Assembly: GCA_030704615.1 (NCBI GenBank)
Contig: CM060734.1
Coordinates: 20,274,001 to 20,338,000 of the forward strand
Direction of reading: 5' to 3'
Length of the DNA stretch: 64,000 bases
Source: Takakia lepidozioides
Lineage: Eukaryota > Plantae > Bryophyta
Shown: in pieces, positions 47,768-61,500 of the stretch
Layout: each line of letters opens with the position of its first letter
Numbering within the stretch: position 1 is the first letter of the stretch
Made by a program: the position numbers and the translations under genes
Notes under the pieces: model-generated
Seen by the model: only the letters and a program-made list of their open reading frames with translations
Databases searched by the model: none
What the model was told of the DNA's origin: nothing

Positions 47768-50341
47768 TTACTGTTTCCGAGTAGCAACCCTTTGTGAGTG
47801 AGCACCTTGTTGACGTTGAGAGTTTCGTGGTGGGCTGTGTGTACGAGCCCGAGGTCTGTCTCTGGTTGATGGAGATGGTTGATCACTACCTGGATAAGTG
47901 AGGCCTTCTGGAGGTTGATATCGAGGTAATCTTTCCGGCATAGGAGATCCCCTTTGTTTCTTCTCTTCCATCTGAATTGCATAGTCTTCTCCCATGTCAA
48001 AAGAATTTTGTGAAGAAACAGTTGTATCAGAATCCTCATCGCCTCTCAGGTGTTTTAATTTTCGAACTTTTTGTGGAATCATCTGGGGCATACAATGCTG
48101 TCCTACCATGTCTGGAAGTTTGCATTTTACAACCTGGTGTAACCGTTGAACAGCAAAATTGGTGTAGACACTGAGCTCCTTGTCTGTCCAGATGAGTGGG
48201 GTACCAATTACTGGTGCCGCGTGCAAGTATTTCCATGCGATATGTCCCTTATAGAAAATGTCATCAAGTCCGAATTTCTGTGTTGACAAATTGTTGCAGG
48301 CTGCTTGAAACCATGAACGAATTTGAGAATCCTTTTGTATCATAACTTTTGGGTCATATAGGTACATATGAGGTGGCACCGAAGGTAATACCCAATGATC
48401 TCCACTGGAGTAACTTTGAAAGCGTGCTTGCATCTTTTGTTGCTCTATGTGGTAACGTATCAGGAAACAAGCAGCGTAGTATAGCCCGCACCCCATGACA
48501 ATACTTGCTATCTCCTTGGTCTTGGTATAAATGAGTCCATGTACAACCTGGAAAGCAACCAATTCCCTCAACATGGTACCTGCCTCGTGCCAGTATTGTG
48601 CAAAGTGATGATCTTCAATATGTCGATTGTTTGGAAGAACTTTAGTCCTGGTTGCCACTGGCAGCCAGATACGCATGATTTGGTAGTAATGTGCGAATGA
48701 CTGCGGAGGACTAAATTCTTTCCAAGCCAATCCAACATGATGGGAATTTGGTTGAAGGGCATAATCATAGCCCTACTGTACTCCCTGGCAGCTGGAGTTT
48801 TAGGTGGGTTAAAAGCTGCATTGCCCATACCTCCGGCTGTGGTGGCTGTGGTGTGGTTGTAGTAACCACAGGTTCAGCTACTGGTACACTGACCTGTTGT
48901 GGTGGTGGTGGTACTGGTTCCTGTACCATTGGCATCTCTTGCACCTCCTGTGAAGACTGAAAAGCCAGAGTTCTGGCTTGCAAATAAGAAGCCATTAGCT
49001 GTTCCTGAGGGATATAGACTCTTTGGTCGATGTTTGAAGTGAGGTCTTCCACTTGAGTCTGGAGTCCGTCTACATCCTCTTGTAACTCTGCTATCCTACT
49101 ATAGACATTGTCTATAGTAGTTGTGGCAATGTTCTGCACCTGCAGTCTGAGCTCATTCATCTCGCTTTGGGTGAGCTTCCGTGGGCTTTTGCCCTCTACT
49201 GGCCCTTGTGCTAACCAGACCTGCATAAGGCTGTTATCCACCAAGCTGCTTGTGGTTCCCCTGAGAGTTTGCTCCTCTCTTAGCTTATACAATTCCAACT
49301 GCTGTTGTAAAGCCTTCATGCGCTTCGCCTGTGGCTCAACCAATTGCGCATAGGCAGCAAGTAGATTATTGGCTTCTTTCGAAGCCTTGTTACTGACCGC
49401 GATTTCATTTCTATTGGCCACGATGGTTTGTTGCAACTCCACGATGTATTTCTCATTCTCAGCTTCCATCTGCCTGTATTGCTTGAAAGTTTCTTCATTG
49501 CGACAGATTGTATTCTTCATATCGACAATGAGCTTCATGTGCTCCACATTCTCTTCTTCTGCCTTCGTACATTTTTCCGCTTGACTGTTTATTTCTTTTG
49601 TTGATTGGTCAAGCATAGTTGTAAATGTAGCGCATTGTATCTCCATCCTGTTATGCACTGTTTGCAACTCCGTATGTAGTGCATTCAGTTCTTGCAACTT
49701 GCTTTCATGCTGCACCTGCATTTGGTATAGCTGTTGCTTATGTGCTTCGTGCAACTGGTCTTGCGCAAGGCCTGCCTCAATCAATTGTTGCTTGGCCAAT
49801 TGCAAAGCCATTTCTGTATTGGCCAGTCCTGCTTCATCTTGAGAGTGACCTCTTCATCGACCTTGTTTGAACACTCAGTGGCAAGTCGAGCCTCAAACTC
49901 CTTCCTGAGTTCTTCTTTCAAGGCTGTCAATTGGGTAATTGGAACATGGGTTTTGACATAAGTCCCCAACAAATTAAGTGTCCTGCCTATGGAATTCATC
50001 AGCATTGCCTGTTGAGGGTCATCATGGTGAGGTTGCTGCTGTTCCTCCCGATCTTCAACAGTATGATGTCTCACTAACCATTCAGACCATTGTCCCACCG
50101 GATTTTCTTCCTGAACTACTTCATTTATGACCGGTGCTACAGTGTCATGGCCTTCCGCCTGTGGTACCTCCGACACAGGTGTGTGCATTATATGTACCTC
50201 AGGATTTTTCTTGGGCAACTGTTGCACCTCTGGGATTTCTGTCTGCTTGACCAGACCAGAATATTCATAGAGAAGGTCCCCTTTCTCTATTTCCGCCACT
50301 ATCTGTTCTGTAGTTGGAATATCTATCCCTTCACTTTCCAA
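47768..50341 (-). pseudogene. Long interrupted intronless ORF: coiled-coil region plus unknown C-terminal domain (probably TE-associated)
   Basis: Consecutive ORFs 49781-50341, 48765-49811 (Q/E/L-rich heptads) and 47768-48730 on the same strand; no recognisable family motif. Confidence 0.55.
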
Positions 50342-53079
50342 ATCTATTATTTCGGGTTGAGCTGCATGGATAACTTGTGACCTTGTGACAAGTCGTTCAA
50401 GTGGCTGTGTTGGTTGTGATGCAGAAGTACACTGGACAGTGGAGGTTGGATGAACATTGGATGATAACTATGGATGATACTTGCCGGATGGATGTGAAAT
50501 TGAGAATGGAAAGACGTTGTGTAGATGAATAATTATTACTTGGGGTGTGAGGAATAGTGTGGCGACTGCCCAGTTGAGGTTTACGACAGATTTAGACAAA
50601 AAAAAATAAGAGTATTTGGTGTAAACTGGAATTTGGTGTATTTGGAGAGAACTTAAAAAAAACGAAATATAATAAAATCCTAAGCTACAAATATGCAGAT
50701 GACACCTTTGCCAAGGATCGACGACTTCTTTGATCGTTTGACAGAATACGGAAGCAGAGAGAGATGCACCGGCTGCTACAGAAGTACGCGATGGCCAGAG
50801 AGGTGTAGGATAGGCAAAGAGGTATACGATGTCCAGAGAAGTGCGCGAGAGAATGGAAGCAAGTGAGAGAGTTTTGGAGAGGGAAGTTGGTAGTGTGTGG
50901 AGTCGGACCTTATATAGAGGTAGCAACAAACTTTGATCCAGAATCGGTCCAATGGCAGTGTCCGATTATTTCTCTCCCAGATCGCTGCAGCCACCGTGGA
51001 TTACCCATATCGTGGGAATCGAACGGCTGATTTGCACTCGCAAAAATCAAGGTTTGATTGAAAGTGTGCAACAATGGTCACATTAATGATGCCACAACTA
51101 TAACGGCCGAGATCAGATTGAATTGTATCGTACTTGTATCTTACAAGGATTTATTGTGTGGGATCTTATTTGTTCGGCTCTGACAGCGTGAAGGATGCCG
51201 AATTTGAGAAGTGCTGTCAGGGAGTAATGACGGAAGGCGGCTAACCTTTGCAACCAATTTTGGACTGCACATTCCAAACTATCATTACAGTGTTTTTCAT
51301 CCTTGATTCGTTGGTCTGTACATTCGTCTATCGCAATTTTCATCTTTTTTCATCTATCTGGATGGACAGTTTCCATGTTAGGGTCCATGGATGTTTGATG
51401 GATGGGGCAGAACATCCATGTGGACCGCGTGAACGTTCGATTTCGAATGGAGGCAATGGTTCAGATCCTCGCAGAAGGTCGCATATAATGGGTGCGCTCG
51501 TTTAGCCCGCCCTTTGGGCAGTGTCTTTTGTACGCGTAAGCGCTGCACGAGTGCGGACAGGGTTTGGAGAGCTTGAAAGGTGAGAGTTTTGGAGAGCGGA
51601 GCAGAGAGACTGTAAGTGGAGAGTGGAGAGAAACAAAGCGGGGAGTGTGGTGAGCTTGAAAGTCGAGAGAGGAGAGTGTGGCGATTTGGAAAGAAGAGCG
51701 GAGAGAGTGGATAGTGGCGGAATACACAGAGTGGAGAGCGGAGAGCGGAGGGGAGCACACAGCGAGTTCTCGGCGTTTCTGAGCGGCTTGCAGACTGAGT
51801 TGCGGAGGAGGTGTTGAATGTGAGAGGCTGGTGTTTGCAGGGACAACAAAGTGGCCAGCACCAGCAGGTAAACCACACACAAACTTTCATGTTTTCGTCT
51901 TCTCTTTCCTGTTTTCTGATGACCCCTATCTGTCACAGATCTGTTCGAAAATGAGGATTACAATTGCAGACCATTTCGTGGACATCGAGGCCTTTCAATT
52001 CTGGCTGTGATTTCTGTTTGGCTCTCGCATCGTTCGGGCAGAGTCTTCGCTCTGCGTCTGTTTTTGTTTGCTTTATTATGTATGTGGGATTTTTGCAGTT
52101 GTTATAGAGCTGCACCATTTCAATTCATTTGGATTCATTCCAGATCACAGTCATATATGAGTTGCTTCGTTTCCTGAGCTTTGTTCACTCATTTTGAGGG
52201 TTGTCTGCTCCTGTTTCATGTCATTCCTACTACCATTCCAGATCTTATCATGAGACTACAATTGTCTCAATTCCCACCTATTGCTGGTTTTGGTTTCTAT
52301 GGTGGTTTCTTTGGCATTAGGATTTTTTTTTGTTGGTTCTGGCAGATTAGGGTGCTGGTTGTTGTAGTGAGTACTATTGAACCTTTTATGAGTAGCATAG
52401 TGGTGTTTTGCAAACCGCGGTTTGGAGATACTGGGTTTTCTTCATTTTAAACCATTTTCATGAGCACAAAATCCAGCGTCTGTTTCTTCCTGTAATTTTA
52501 TTTTACCGTGTTTTTCTTGCGATGTTCTCTTTCGTTTTGTATTCTCATCCCGATTGAAAGAATCCAATTCTGTCTCTTTTCGCAATTTTAAAATCCACAG
52601 CAGCCTAGTCTACTTGTAGTCTACTCGTAGCATACTCGTAGCATAGTCTACTTGCAGTGTACTTGTAGCTAGAGTAGACCTTCTTGAAGTGTGAAGGTAT
52701 TCGTAGACCCTCGCTGGAACAAACGCTGGAACCTCGCCTGCCCAGTGGAGGTTCCTGTGATGTCTATTTCCCGGAACCTAACGTCCCCCTAAATTCATAC
52801 ATTTTGTATTCATTGGTTCCCTGTCTGCAAAGCTATTTCAATTCGTTTGAATTGATTAAAGCTGTTTAATTAGTTGTTTCAATTCAGTGCTGCTTCTTTG
52901 CTCAACTGATTAATTCTTCTTTTAGAATTAATTATAGTTTTTATTCTACAGAAATACTGAGATGTTGTAATGTAGCGTCATTTTTAATGCAGACAAGTAG
53001 TTGGGACGAAGCTCCCAAACAGTACGTAGGGTACTATTCAATCTATTTCAGACCTGTCACGTTGCAGAAGAGTATGGAC

Positions 53080-53850
53080 TTCACTAAAAGCTAGGCCTGG
53101 TGAATGTACTGGTCTGTTTTGGGGTCACAACACATCATGCGTAGGAATATGTAGTACATGTGCTGCATGGGATCCACTTCCCCCGCTTTCCAAGACTGCC
53201 CTCATGCATGCTTATGAAATCAGGATAGGTGCAATCCGCCAACTGTAACCTGATATGCCTTGTTTTGAAGAACAGAGCCCGGAGTGACCATTGTGTACAT
53301 TCGACCATATCCGGGGGGGGAACTTCCATGATAGACATTACCCTTGTCTGCATGATTTTTGCTGACTCAACCTTGCAGTCGTGATCTGCACCTGAAGGCA
53401 CACGCCGCACAGTCTTGCCATTCTCTTTGGTGGGATGCGAATCGGCCCCAACAGGCGGGACCTAGCAAAATAAGAGAAAGTGGTTGCAGGGGCAGGTGTA
53501 GGCAGTATTGGAGAACGTGCAAGAGAAAAACCTGCATCCTCCAACATCCCAATCTCCAGTGATGAGAGGGAGGTTCCCGTCTTCACTGGCCCTATAGTTG
53601 GTGGGGAAGGCTTCATTATCACAGAGTCCCACACGGTTCCCTTCACACGTATTGCAATATCATCCGGGCATAACCATAATTTATGAACCTTAGACTCCTT
53701 TGACACATAAGGTCGAATCAAGCCTGTGAAGGTAGGAGCTGGAGTGCCACGAGAGCCTTTGTTGATCTTGGACTTACATTTTTAGAAGTGTTTGCCCGGA
53801 TTCTAGTACATGCCACCCTTGACCCAATATGAGTGCGCTCAATGTGGTCA
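53080..53850 (-). pseudogene. Degenerate C-terminus of a second MULE transposase of the same family
   Basis: GTPAPTFTG, LWLCPDD, PVKTGTSLSSLEIGMLEDAGFSL, DCTYPDF...IPC align with GSPAPYFTG, FWFCPTD, PVKVGTNLTQEEVDNLTLAGFRL, CDCPDF...LPCKH of ORF 35408-37240. Confidence 0.75.
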
Positions 53851-54984
53851 GGGGCAGAATTGGTTGAATTTTGGCGCCATGCTCCCCTAGAGTACAAGGA
53901 GCTGGTCGCTTACATGTGGGTGACGAGCCCTGAACGCGCGCGGTCAGGGTGACGGCATAGTAGTCTAGGGGGGCCGAGGTAAGTTGCGGTGTAGGTTGGG
54001 CTCACTGAACCGCCTACCCGACTACGGTTAGTGCAGGAGGTCCGTGGTCGTACATGGTGGCTATGATCACTATCTAAGTCCTACCGGCAAAGAGAAATCA
54101 CGTACTCCTCTTCACAGGGCGAGTTTGCGTTTCTAAGTCCTACGGTATCCTACAATCTACTCAGTAACTGCCTTCCAAGTCTTTGTGTTTTATTGTCTAA
54201 TTCCTACCGCCTAGGCCCCCGAGCCGCTTATAGCTGGGACATGTTTTAATCCCTTCACAAGGCACCTGCCGAGCATAGGGAGAAGAGGGGAAATCTTCCT
54301 CTCCCAATGTCCCTCCTTCGTCGAGGGCTTGAGTTCAAGTCACCTCTAATGGAAGGGCCAACGCTTCCTACCCCAGTGCCTAAATACTTTGTTTTAGCAA
54401 AGGAGTGGCCAAAATGCCTATCGTCATCCAATAGGTTCACCAAGTTCAATAAAGGTGGTTCTAAGCCCCTCAACTCAACAAGTTCAATCAGTTTAATCAA
54501 CGCCCTGCAGGCTATAACAAGCACCACGTGCATCTATCCTATTTAAGCAATTTTGCAAATCAGAAATGCTAGAAAATAAAAAAAAATCAGAAAATCAGGA
54601 AAAAAAAAAAAAAAAAAAAAAAAAACCTCCCCTATGGGAAATCATGTGGGGAATCCAAAGATACCCTGGGCGCCTAAAGATGCCCTTGGGAACCCTGTGG
54701 GAACCCAATGAGAACGTTGCGATATTTCATCGCTATACATGTCACTTCCACCAATTGCCAAGCTCCTCTCGTGTGTTCCTACTAGACTTGAAAGGCGGGA
54801 GAAAAGAGAGATCGCAATCTGGGACTGGAACGTCATCATGTATTGTTTGAACAAGATTAACTCGCCGTTTCTGGTACCGAATTGGCTGCCTAATCTGCTG
54901 TCGATGCAGCTTCCTACGGTCATCTTGACGCCAAAGTTCCACTCCATGGTCGTCGCAGACACTGTCTAATTTCCTACGTGCTTT

Positions 54985-55300
54985 ACCAACGATTTCCAGA
55001 CAACTAACAAACTAACATGTTTTGGTAGTACAATGCCGAAACCGCTCGTCTTATGATAAAAAACGATCTTAAAATAAAAGTGTACCAATATATGCATCTA
55101 CAGTGGGCAGTGGGGCAATTGAAGATTAATCCTACCCCGGCAATAGACATTGTAATGGGCTGCCCAAGTTTTTATATTGGCAGTTACTTGTACCGGATGT
55201 TCGTCACAATGAGGGGAAGCTGACAGCGCTATGAGAGTATTGAAAAAGATACTCACTGGGAATTACCCAAATTCCAGCCACCAGAGAGAGTCTCAAGCAC
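54985..55300 (+). pseudogene. Degenerate homolog of the unknown domain in 47768-48730
   Basis: Manual translation AIDIVMGCPSFYIGSYLYR...QRYESIEKDTHWELPKFQPP vs IASIVMGCGLYYAACFLIR...ARFQSYSSGDHWVLPSVPP. Confidence 0.5.
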
Positions 55301-56275
55301 TTCAGCATATATGAACAGACCACTATATGCTGAAGCATGGCGCCAGGCGAAAGACCACTTTTCACCATTGGTCTTGGACAAAGACCACAATTTCAGAGAA
55401 ACGAGGACGCAAGCTGTTAACTGGTTCATGGGCAGCAGGACGACTAAAAACATTATACCCTAGACAAAGGAGGAGCTGCAAATCTACCGAGAAACCTTGA
55501 CCACCAAAATCGACATGGTACGCACGGACGGAATAGCAGAACACCCTGATGACGAAAGCTGGCCCACTCACGAACCACAGGAGCAACCAGACAGTGATGA
55601 CAATAGAAACAAGAAGCTGCCACCACAACAATCCTGGGACGCACTTCCTAACCAGCAGACAGGCATGCCACCACCCTACATCCCCAAGAAACACAACAAA
55701 TACAAGAACTGACGAAATTGTGCGGACACAATTTCAAAAGATGGAGGGAAATAAATGATAACGGCTAAGTATGACACAGCTACGAGGGCCAGATAGCGAG
55801 GGTCACGATGGGACATATCGGGTAGTGATTGGTTTACACTACCTGGTCACGGGCAGAAAAGGCTAAGTGCGCGGCACTTAGCAAACGGCGGAACAAGAGC
55901 ACATTACCACGGGAGCAGTAGTGGGTAGTGTAGCAGTAGTGGGCCGTGAACCACGATATCACACGGCCACGATAGCATAGGTTTTTACTAATAGAGGAAG
56001 TAGTGAAGGACCGTGGACCGTGTACCACTATGGCACACGACCACTACCACGAGCCACTTTTTTAGCAAACCCTTTAGGTTGCGTAGGCAGTTAGGCAACG
56101 GTCATTAACGACTGCAGGTTGTAACGGCTCTTTCGAGCATAGTATAAAAGGGCTGTGTCGATCAATTTTTCGGATCATAATTTAGAATAACACATTTTAT
56201 GTACATTAGTATATGTTTTATGAAGTTTAGGACGAAATCATAGTAAGAAATCATAAATAAAATGGAATTCTAGCA

Positions 56276-56905
56276 ATGGCAGAGCCGGAGGACCAGTCGA
56301 AGGACAACTCCTTGATTCCGGGATTGACAGAACATGTGACACTAGAATGCGTTGCACGGGTGCCTCGCTCTTATTATTTACCATTGAAAGGTGGTTGTAA
56401 GAAATGACAGAATGCACTAGCGGAGGTTGATGACGAAGGCTGCAACGACATCTTTGAGACTCGCAAACGGGTAGGGATCAAGGAGGAATGGGTTTACATG
56501 CTGGCTGGGTCTGCACACAATGTACAAACTCTCATAAGTGCACGGAAGTGTTGGGCGTTTGATTCCGTCAGTACGCGTTAGCGTTGTCTGCCAGACTACC
56601 TTGTGGATTATACCTTTGAAGTTTCTGACAAGGAGTCGGCAGTTATAGGAACTCAGCTTTTGGTTTGCGGACAGTACCCGAGAGGCTACATGGTATGGAG
56701 GTATGATTTAGAACTCAACGAATAGTCTTCAACGCCAAGAATGATTCAAGATCGATGTTTTTTTACTTAGCAAATGTGGGCAAATATGTCTATTTGTATT
56801 GGAAGTCTCACCAATAGACGACTCTCAAAGCAATCAAGGGCTACAACGCGCTACTTCAAGCATGGGAACCTCTCCCCGATCTCAACATAGCACGGGAAAA
56901 TGAGC
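56276..56905 (+). pseudogene. F-box/kelch-repeat pseudogene
   Basis: SLIPGLTEHVTLECVARVPRS (F-box), EEWVY, WAFD, SDKESAVIGTQLLVCG, VWRYD, MIQDRCFF; several in-frame stops; 3'-truncated. Confidence 0.85.
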
Positions 56906-56909
56906 TAAT

Positions 56910-57750
56910 GGGAAAACAAAGATAAATGTGAACCACTGGATATTGGTTGATCAAGGGTAGCGATCCCCACTTCCCAAACGGATGAATGACATGGATGAGG
57001 AGCAACATTCATGAGGATTTAAAACGGCTCATGTATCTATGTAAGTTGGTCATGTCCCTGGATGGATGAAAGTTACAGATGGATGAAAATTATGAGGAAG
57101 AATGAAAATGGATGAAATCAGCGGACGGATGAGAGAGCACAGGCTGGATGAATTTATAGGATGGATGCAAAAGGGATGACATTACCAGGATGGATGAAAT
57201 CAGAAGTATCCAAGTTTGCTTGGCCAACAAGCTTCCCATTAAATTTAATGATTAATTCCTAATTTTCCTATTGGCCCAAAAGAAGCATAAAAGGAGGCTT
57301 GGGGGAGTGGGAAGCAAGTAGTATCAATTGAGAGAGTACCAGTGAGCGACTAGCGCGATGTAGAGAGCACGGTGGAGGGCAGCCGTTGGAGTTGGAGAGC
57401 ACAAAGATGGAGAGAGAATCAGTAGTAGTGAGCGATGGACTCGAAGTTACAATTATTTTGTTCCAAATTTGCAATCGTATCTAGTACTTTCCGCTTTGTA
57501 ATTGAGTGAAGTGATGACTTGATCACCCTCTCGGAGTGTCAAGTGTAACACTAATCTAGACAAGGGCTAGTAGGACATTCAGTTCTTGTTTTGCTTTTCT
57601 AGTCCTTGGCTTTAGGATTCTGCTCATTTGTTGGCAAAATAGATCTGCTCTAGTGGGGTCTTATTGACTTATTTCCATGCTAGTTCTTTGTGATAGCAGA
57701 GAATAAGGATAATTCTCCCAATAGCACCTAACATTAGTGAAATCAGAGCT
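56910..57750 (+). mobile_element. Probable older LTR remnant with a degenerate Met PBS
   Basis: ...CCTAACA (57733) is followed by AGTGAAATCAGAGC, resembling AGTGGTATCAGAGC. The left boundary is uncertain. Confidence 0.4.
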
Positions 57751-57806
57751 TTGTATCATCAGAAATTAATTTTTGAAATCAAATTTTCTTACACTGGCAC
57801 ACAATT

Positions 57807-58532
57807 TGTCGCGGCCCTTTGCCTTGAGGGCAGGGGGTCGGGACACATGAGGGGCTGCCCCTGTGGTGGGGGCAGCGGCAGCGATAGGTATGGGGGGGCT
57901 GAAGCACCCTTGAGTGCCCAAGGCACTCAAGGAGGCGGAGGCGCTCACTAGGTGGAGCCCCGCACACCGGGTTGCGGTGGGGTGGCTCCACAAGGGGTGG
58001 TGGTAGCTTAGCGGGACTTAGTGGGGGTGGCATAGGACTCACCATGGGGGCGGAGACCTCGTGTGGGAGTCGTGGGGAGTCTTGGGACTCATCACGGTCC
58101 AGAGGGGCCGTGGTGAGTGGGCCAAGACTCACCGCGACTCATCACCGGGAGTCGAGGGTTTTCGTGGTGGTTCGCCATAAAATGGCATGGCTGGTTGTGA
58201 AACCCCCGCGGACAGCTACAGAAGTATATATAAGGGGTAGTGACCCCGAGAACGGTGCAAGCCCGTTGGTGACCAAAAACTAGTGAGTAAGCGAGCGAGC
58301 CGGAAAGCGACCAAAGAGTGGGGAGCTGTTCCGGACTGCCATCTACCAAAAGAAATTCTCCTAGGCCCAAATAGGTGGAGGGTTTAGTGGGAAGCGAAGG
58401 GGGGACCGTTATGTCTCGGTGAGCAGCCGAAGCTCCAAGTTGGCCCGGGCGGCCAGATTGGGAGTCAGGCGCGCACATCGGAGCGAGTAACTATGACTTG
58501 AAGGGGAGCTTACCGAAGTGAGGTGCGCGACA
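57807..58532 (+). repeat. 5' LTR
   Basis: Inverted 7-bp termini; matches sequence from 63559 onward. Confidence 0.93.
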
Positions 58533-58534
58533 CT

Positions 58535-58546
58535 TGGTATCAGAGC
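58535..58546 (+). promoter_or_regulatory. Primer binding site for initiator tRNA-Met
   Basis: TGGTATCAGAGC, 2 nt after the LTR end. Confidence 0.93.
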
Positions 58547-58586
58547 TTAGAGTTCAGTACGCGATCGTCCTTGGGATTGGCCTCAT

Positions 58587-61500
58587 CATGGGGTCGGGCA
58601 AGCCAAAACGAAAGCGGAACGGCCCAAAAGATGTTGATCTTGGTGAGCCCGATGGGGGCGACGTGTCACCGAAGCGGCCGTTTGAGGAAGCGACGCAGGT
58701 TTCTGAAAGCGAGGCCGCTCAAGAGCGGAGGAATCGAGGAGTCGGAGCCCGAGGAATCCGTGAGAGCTCCGACCGACCAACAGATGCCTCCCATGCCGGC
58801 AGCCTTTTGGGAAGGGTTGTTGGCGCAGTTTGGCGGGACGTTGAAAGATGTGTTGAAGGCGGCTAATGCCACTTCCACTAAGGCAAAGTTTAAAGTGAAG
58901 CCTAAGGAACCCAGCACCTTTGAGGGCGTCCGAAATCGAAAGGCACTCAACACCTGGCTCTTGGAGCTAGAGCAGTACTTCCGGGCGGCCAAGTTGAGTG
59001 ACGAGGATCGGGTGGAAGTGGCTCCCACCTATTTGAGGGGCTATGCTCAACAATGGTGGCAGAAACGCCTTCATGACCGAGGCCCAAGCCCGGAAACCTT
59101 GAACTGGAGTGGGTTCAAGGAATTGATGAAGAGACAGTTTGTGCCCCTCAACGCGTCCTAGCTTGCCCAGGACAAGATGAGGAATTTGAAGCAAACAGAT
59201 GACATTCGGGGGTATGTCCAGGCTTTCAATGTGCTGTTGCTCGAAGTCGCGGACATGGCAGAACCAGAAATGGTCTTCAACTTTGTGGCGGGACTGGGCC
59301 CCTTGGGCCAGGCGGAAGTTGGAGGAGAGAAGCCACCCAAGACTTTGAACGAGGCAATTGAGAGGGCTGAATGTTTCTCGGATGTCCCTAGGGGTGAGAG
59401 ACAAGGCCGTATGGAGCTGAACCACAAGAAGACCCGGCGGGAAGGTGACTCCTTCCGACCGGAAAAGAAGTGGGATAGGCCACGCGGCGACAATGGCACG
59501 TGGAAATCGAAGGGATGGCCTTCACACGTCAAGGCGGCACCCGGTGCTTCGAAAGGAAAAGCGGGTGGAGCGGCTTATGGCGGACAGAAGGCAACCTTTG
59601 ATGGAGTGTGTTTCAATTGCGGGGAGCCCGGGCACATGGCCAAGAAGTGCACAAAACCTCGACAATTGAACATGACTCGGGCAACCATGGAGCTGTCGGA
59701 AGATACCATCAGTTGCTTGGTGGAAGCGGTGGTCGCCAGGACTTGCAAGGTAGGCAACTATTCTTGTGAGTTGTATCAGGAAACTGGCGCCCTGCGTAAA
59801 GGGAGTCAGTTATTGTTCGTGAATGGGATAATATCCGGAACTAACGTGTCGTTGTTGGTGGACACAGGAGCGTTGCACTCCTTCATGACGCCGGCGGTGG
59901 CGCGAAAGTTGGGACTCCCGACAAGTGACGTGGGGGCCTCTATTGAGGTGCGCTCTGCCAAAGGAGAACCTCAGTTGGCGACAAGGTTGGCGTTTGATGT
60001 TCCTCTTCAACTGGGGAGTTGGGAGGGACGTGAGAACTTCACCATCTGCAAGATCGATGGAGTGGATCTCATTTTTGGGATGACCTTTTTGAGCAAATCT
60101 GGAGCGGTCATAAATGGCCGCAAGAGAATAGTCACGTTGCCATGTGGGAATGGTGGCGAGGTTTTACGAGTGTCGGAAACGCCCAAATCCATGGGAGGGC
60201 GAATAAACCTTCTGTCAGCAAAGGAGTGGGCCGTGGAGGAGGCACACGAGCCCCAATTTTTTCTTTACATTAGAGAAGTGAAAGGAGAAGGCGATGGGGA
60301 GCCGAGCCCAGATTGGATCAAGGGGATTTTGGAGAAATACCAGGATGTGATGCCGGAGGATTACCAAGCGGCTTGCCACCGCGAAGAGGAGTTGACCACA
60401 AGATTGAGGTGATACCGGGATCGGAACCACCTGCCAAGGCGCCCTACCGGTTGAGCCACAGAGAGTTGGTCGAGCTGAAGACTCAGCTCAAGGATCTAAT
60501 GTCAAAGGGGTACATCCGGCCGAGTAAGTCACCTTACGGAGCCCCGGTGCTATTTGCAGACAAGAAGGATGGGACGCTGCGGATGTGTGTCGATTACAGG
60601 GCTCTGAATAAGGTGACTATCAAAAACCGGTACCCTTTGCCAAGGATCGACGACCTCTTCGATCGGTTGCAGCGAAGTATTTCAGCCGGATCGACTTGCG
60701 CTCCGGCTATCACCAAATTCGGGTGGCGAAGGAGATGAGGAGAAGACCGCGTGCAGGACAAGGTATGGTTCATATGAGTTCTTGGTGATGCCTTTTGGGC
60801 TCACCAATGCACCAGCGACATTTAGCACGCTGATGAACAGCCTTTTCCAGGAGTGGTTGGATGACTTTGTGATCGTGTACATCGACGACATCTTGGTGTA
60901 CTCGAAAACAAAGGAGGAGCACCTGGAGCACCTGAAAAGGGTGTTCCAAAAATTGCGGGAAGGGAAGCTGTATGCCAAAGCTTCAAAGTGCGAATTCGGG
61001 GTCACAAAAGTGGAGTTCCTGGGGCATGTGATTACACAGGATGGGGTCAAAATGGATGACAGAAAGGTGAGGGCGATCTTGGACTGGAGCCTCCGACTTC
61101 GGTCCCGGAAGTGCGATCCTTCCTAGGACTCGCCTCCTATTACCGGAAGTATGTGAGAAATTTCGCCAAGATTGCGGGGCCGCTGTCAGACCTTCTGTGT
61201 AAATCTAAAGTCTGGGCATGGAACACCTTTTGTGGCCAAGTTTTTGCTGAATTGAAGCAGCGGATGGCGGAAGCTCCAGTCTTGAAAATCCCGGAGTTCG
61301 ATCGTCCGTTCAAGATACACACAGATGCGTCGGACTTCGCGATTGGCGGTACTGATGCAAGATGGACGCCTAGTGGCTTACAAAAGTAAGAAACTGAATG
61401 AAGTGGAGCGACGGTGGCCGACGCACGAGAAAGAGATGAAGGCGGTGGTGCACTGTCTTGAGCTTTGGCGCCACTATGTTGGTTCCAACCCAGTGAAGGT

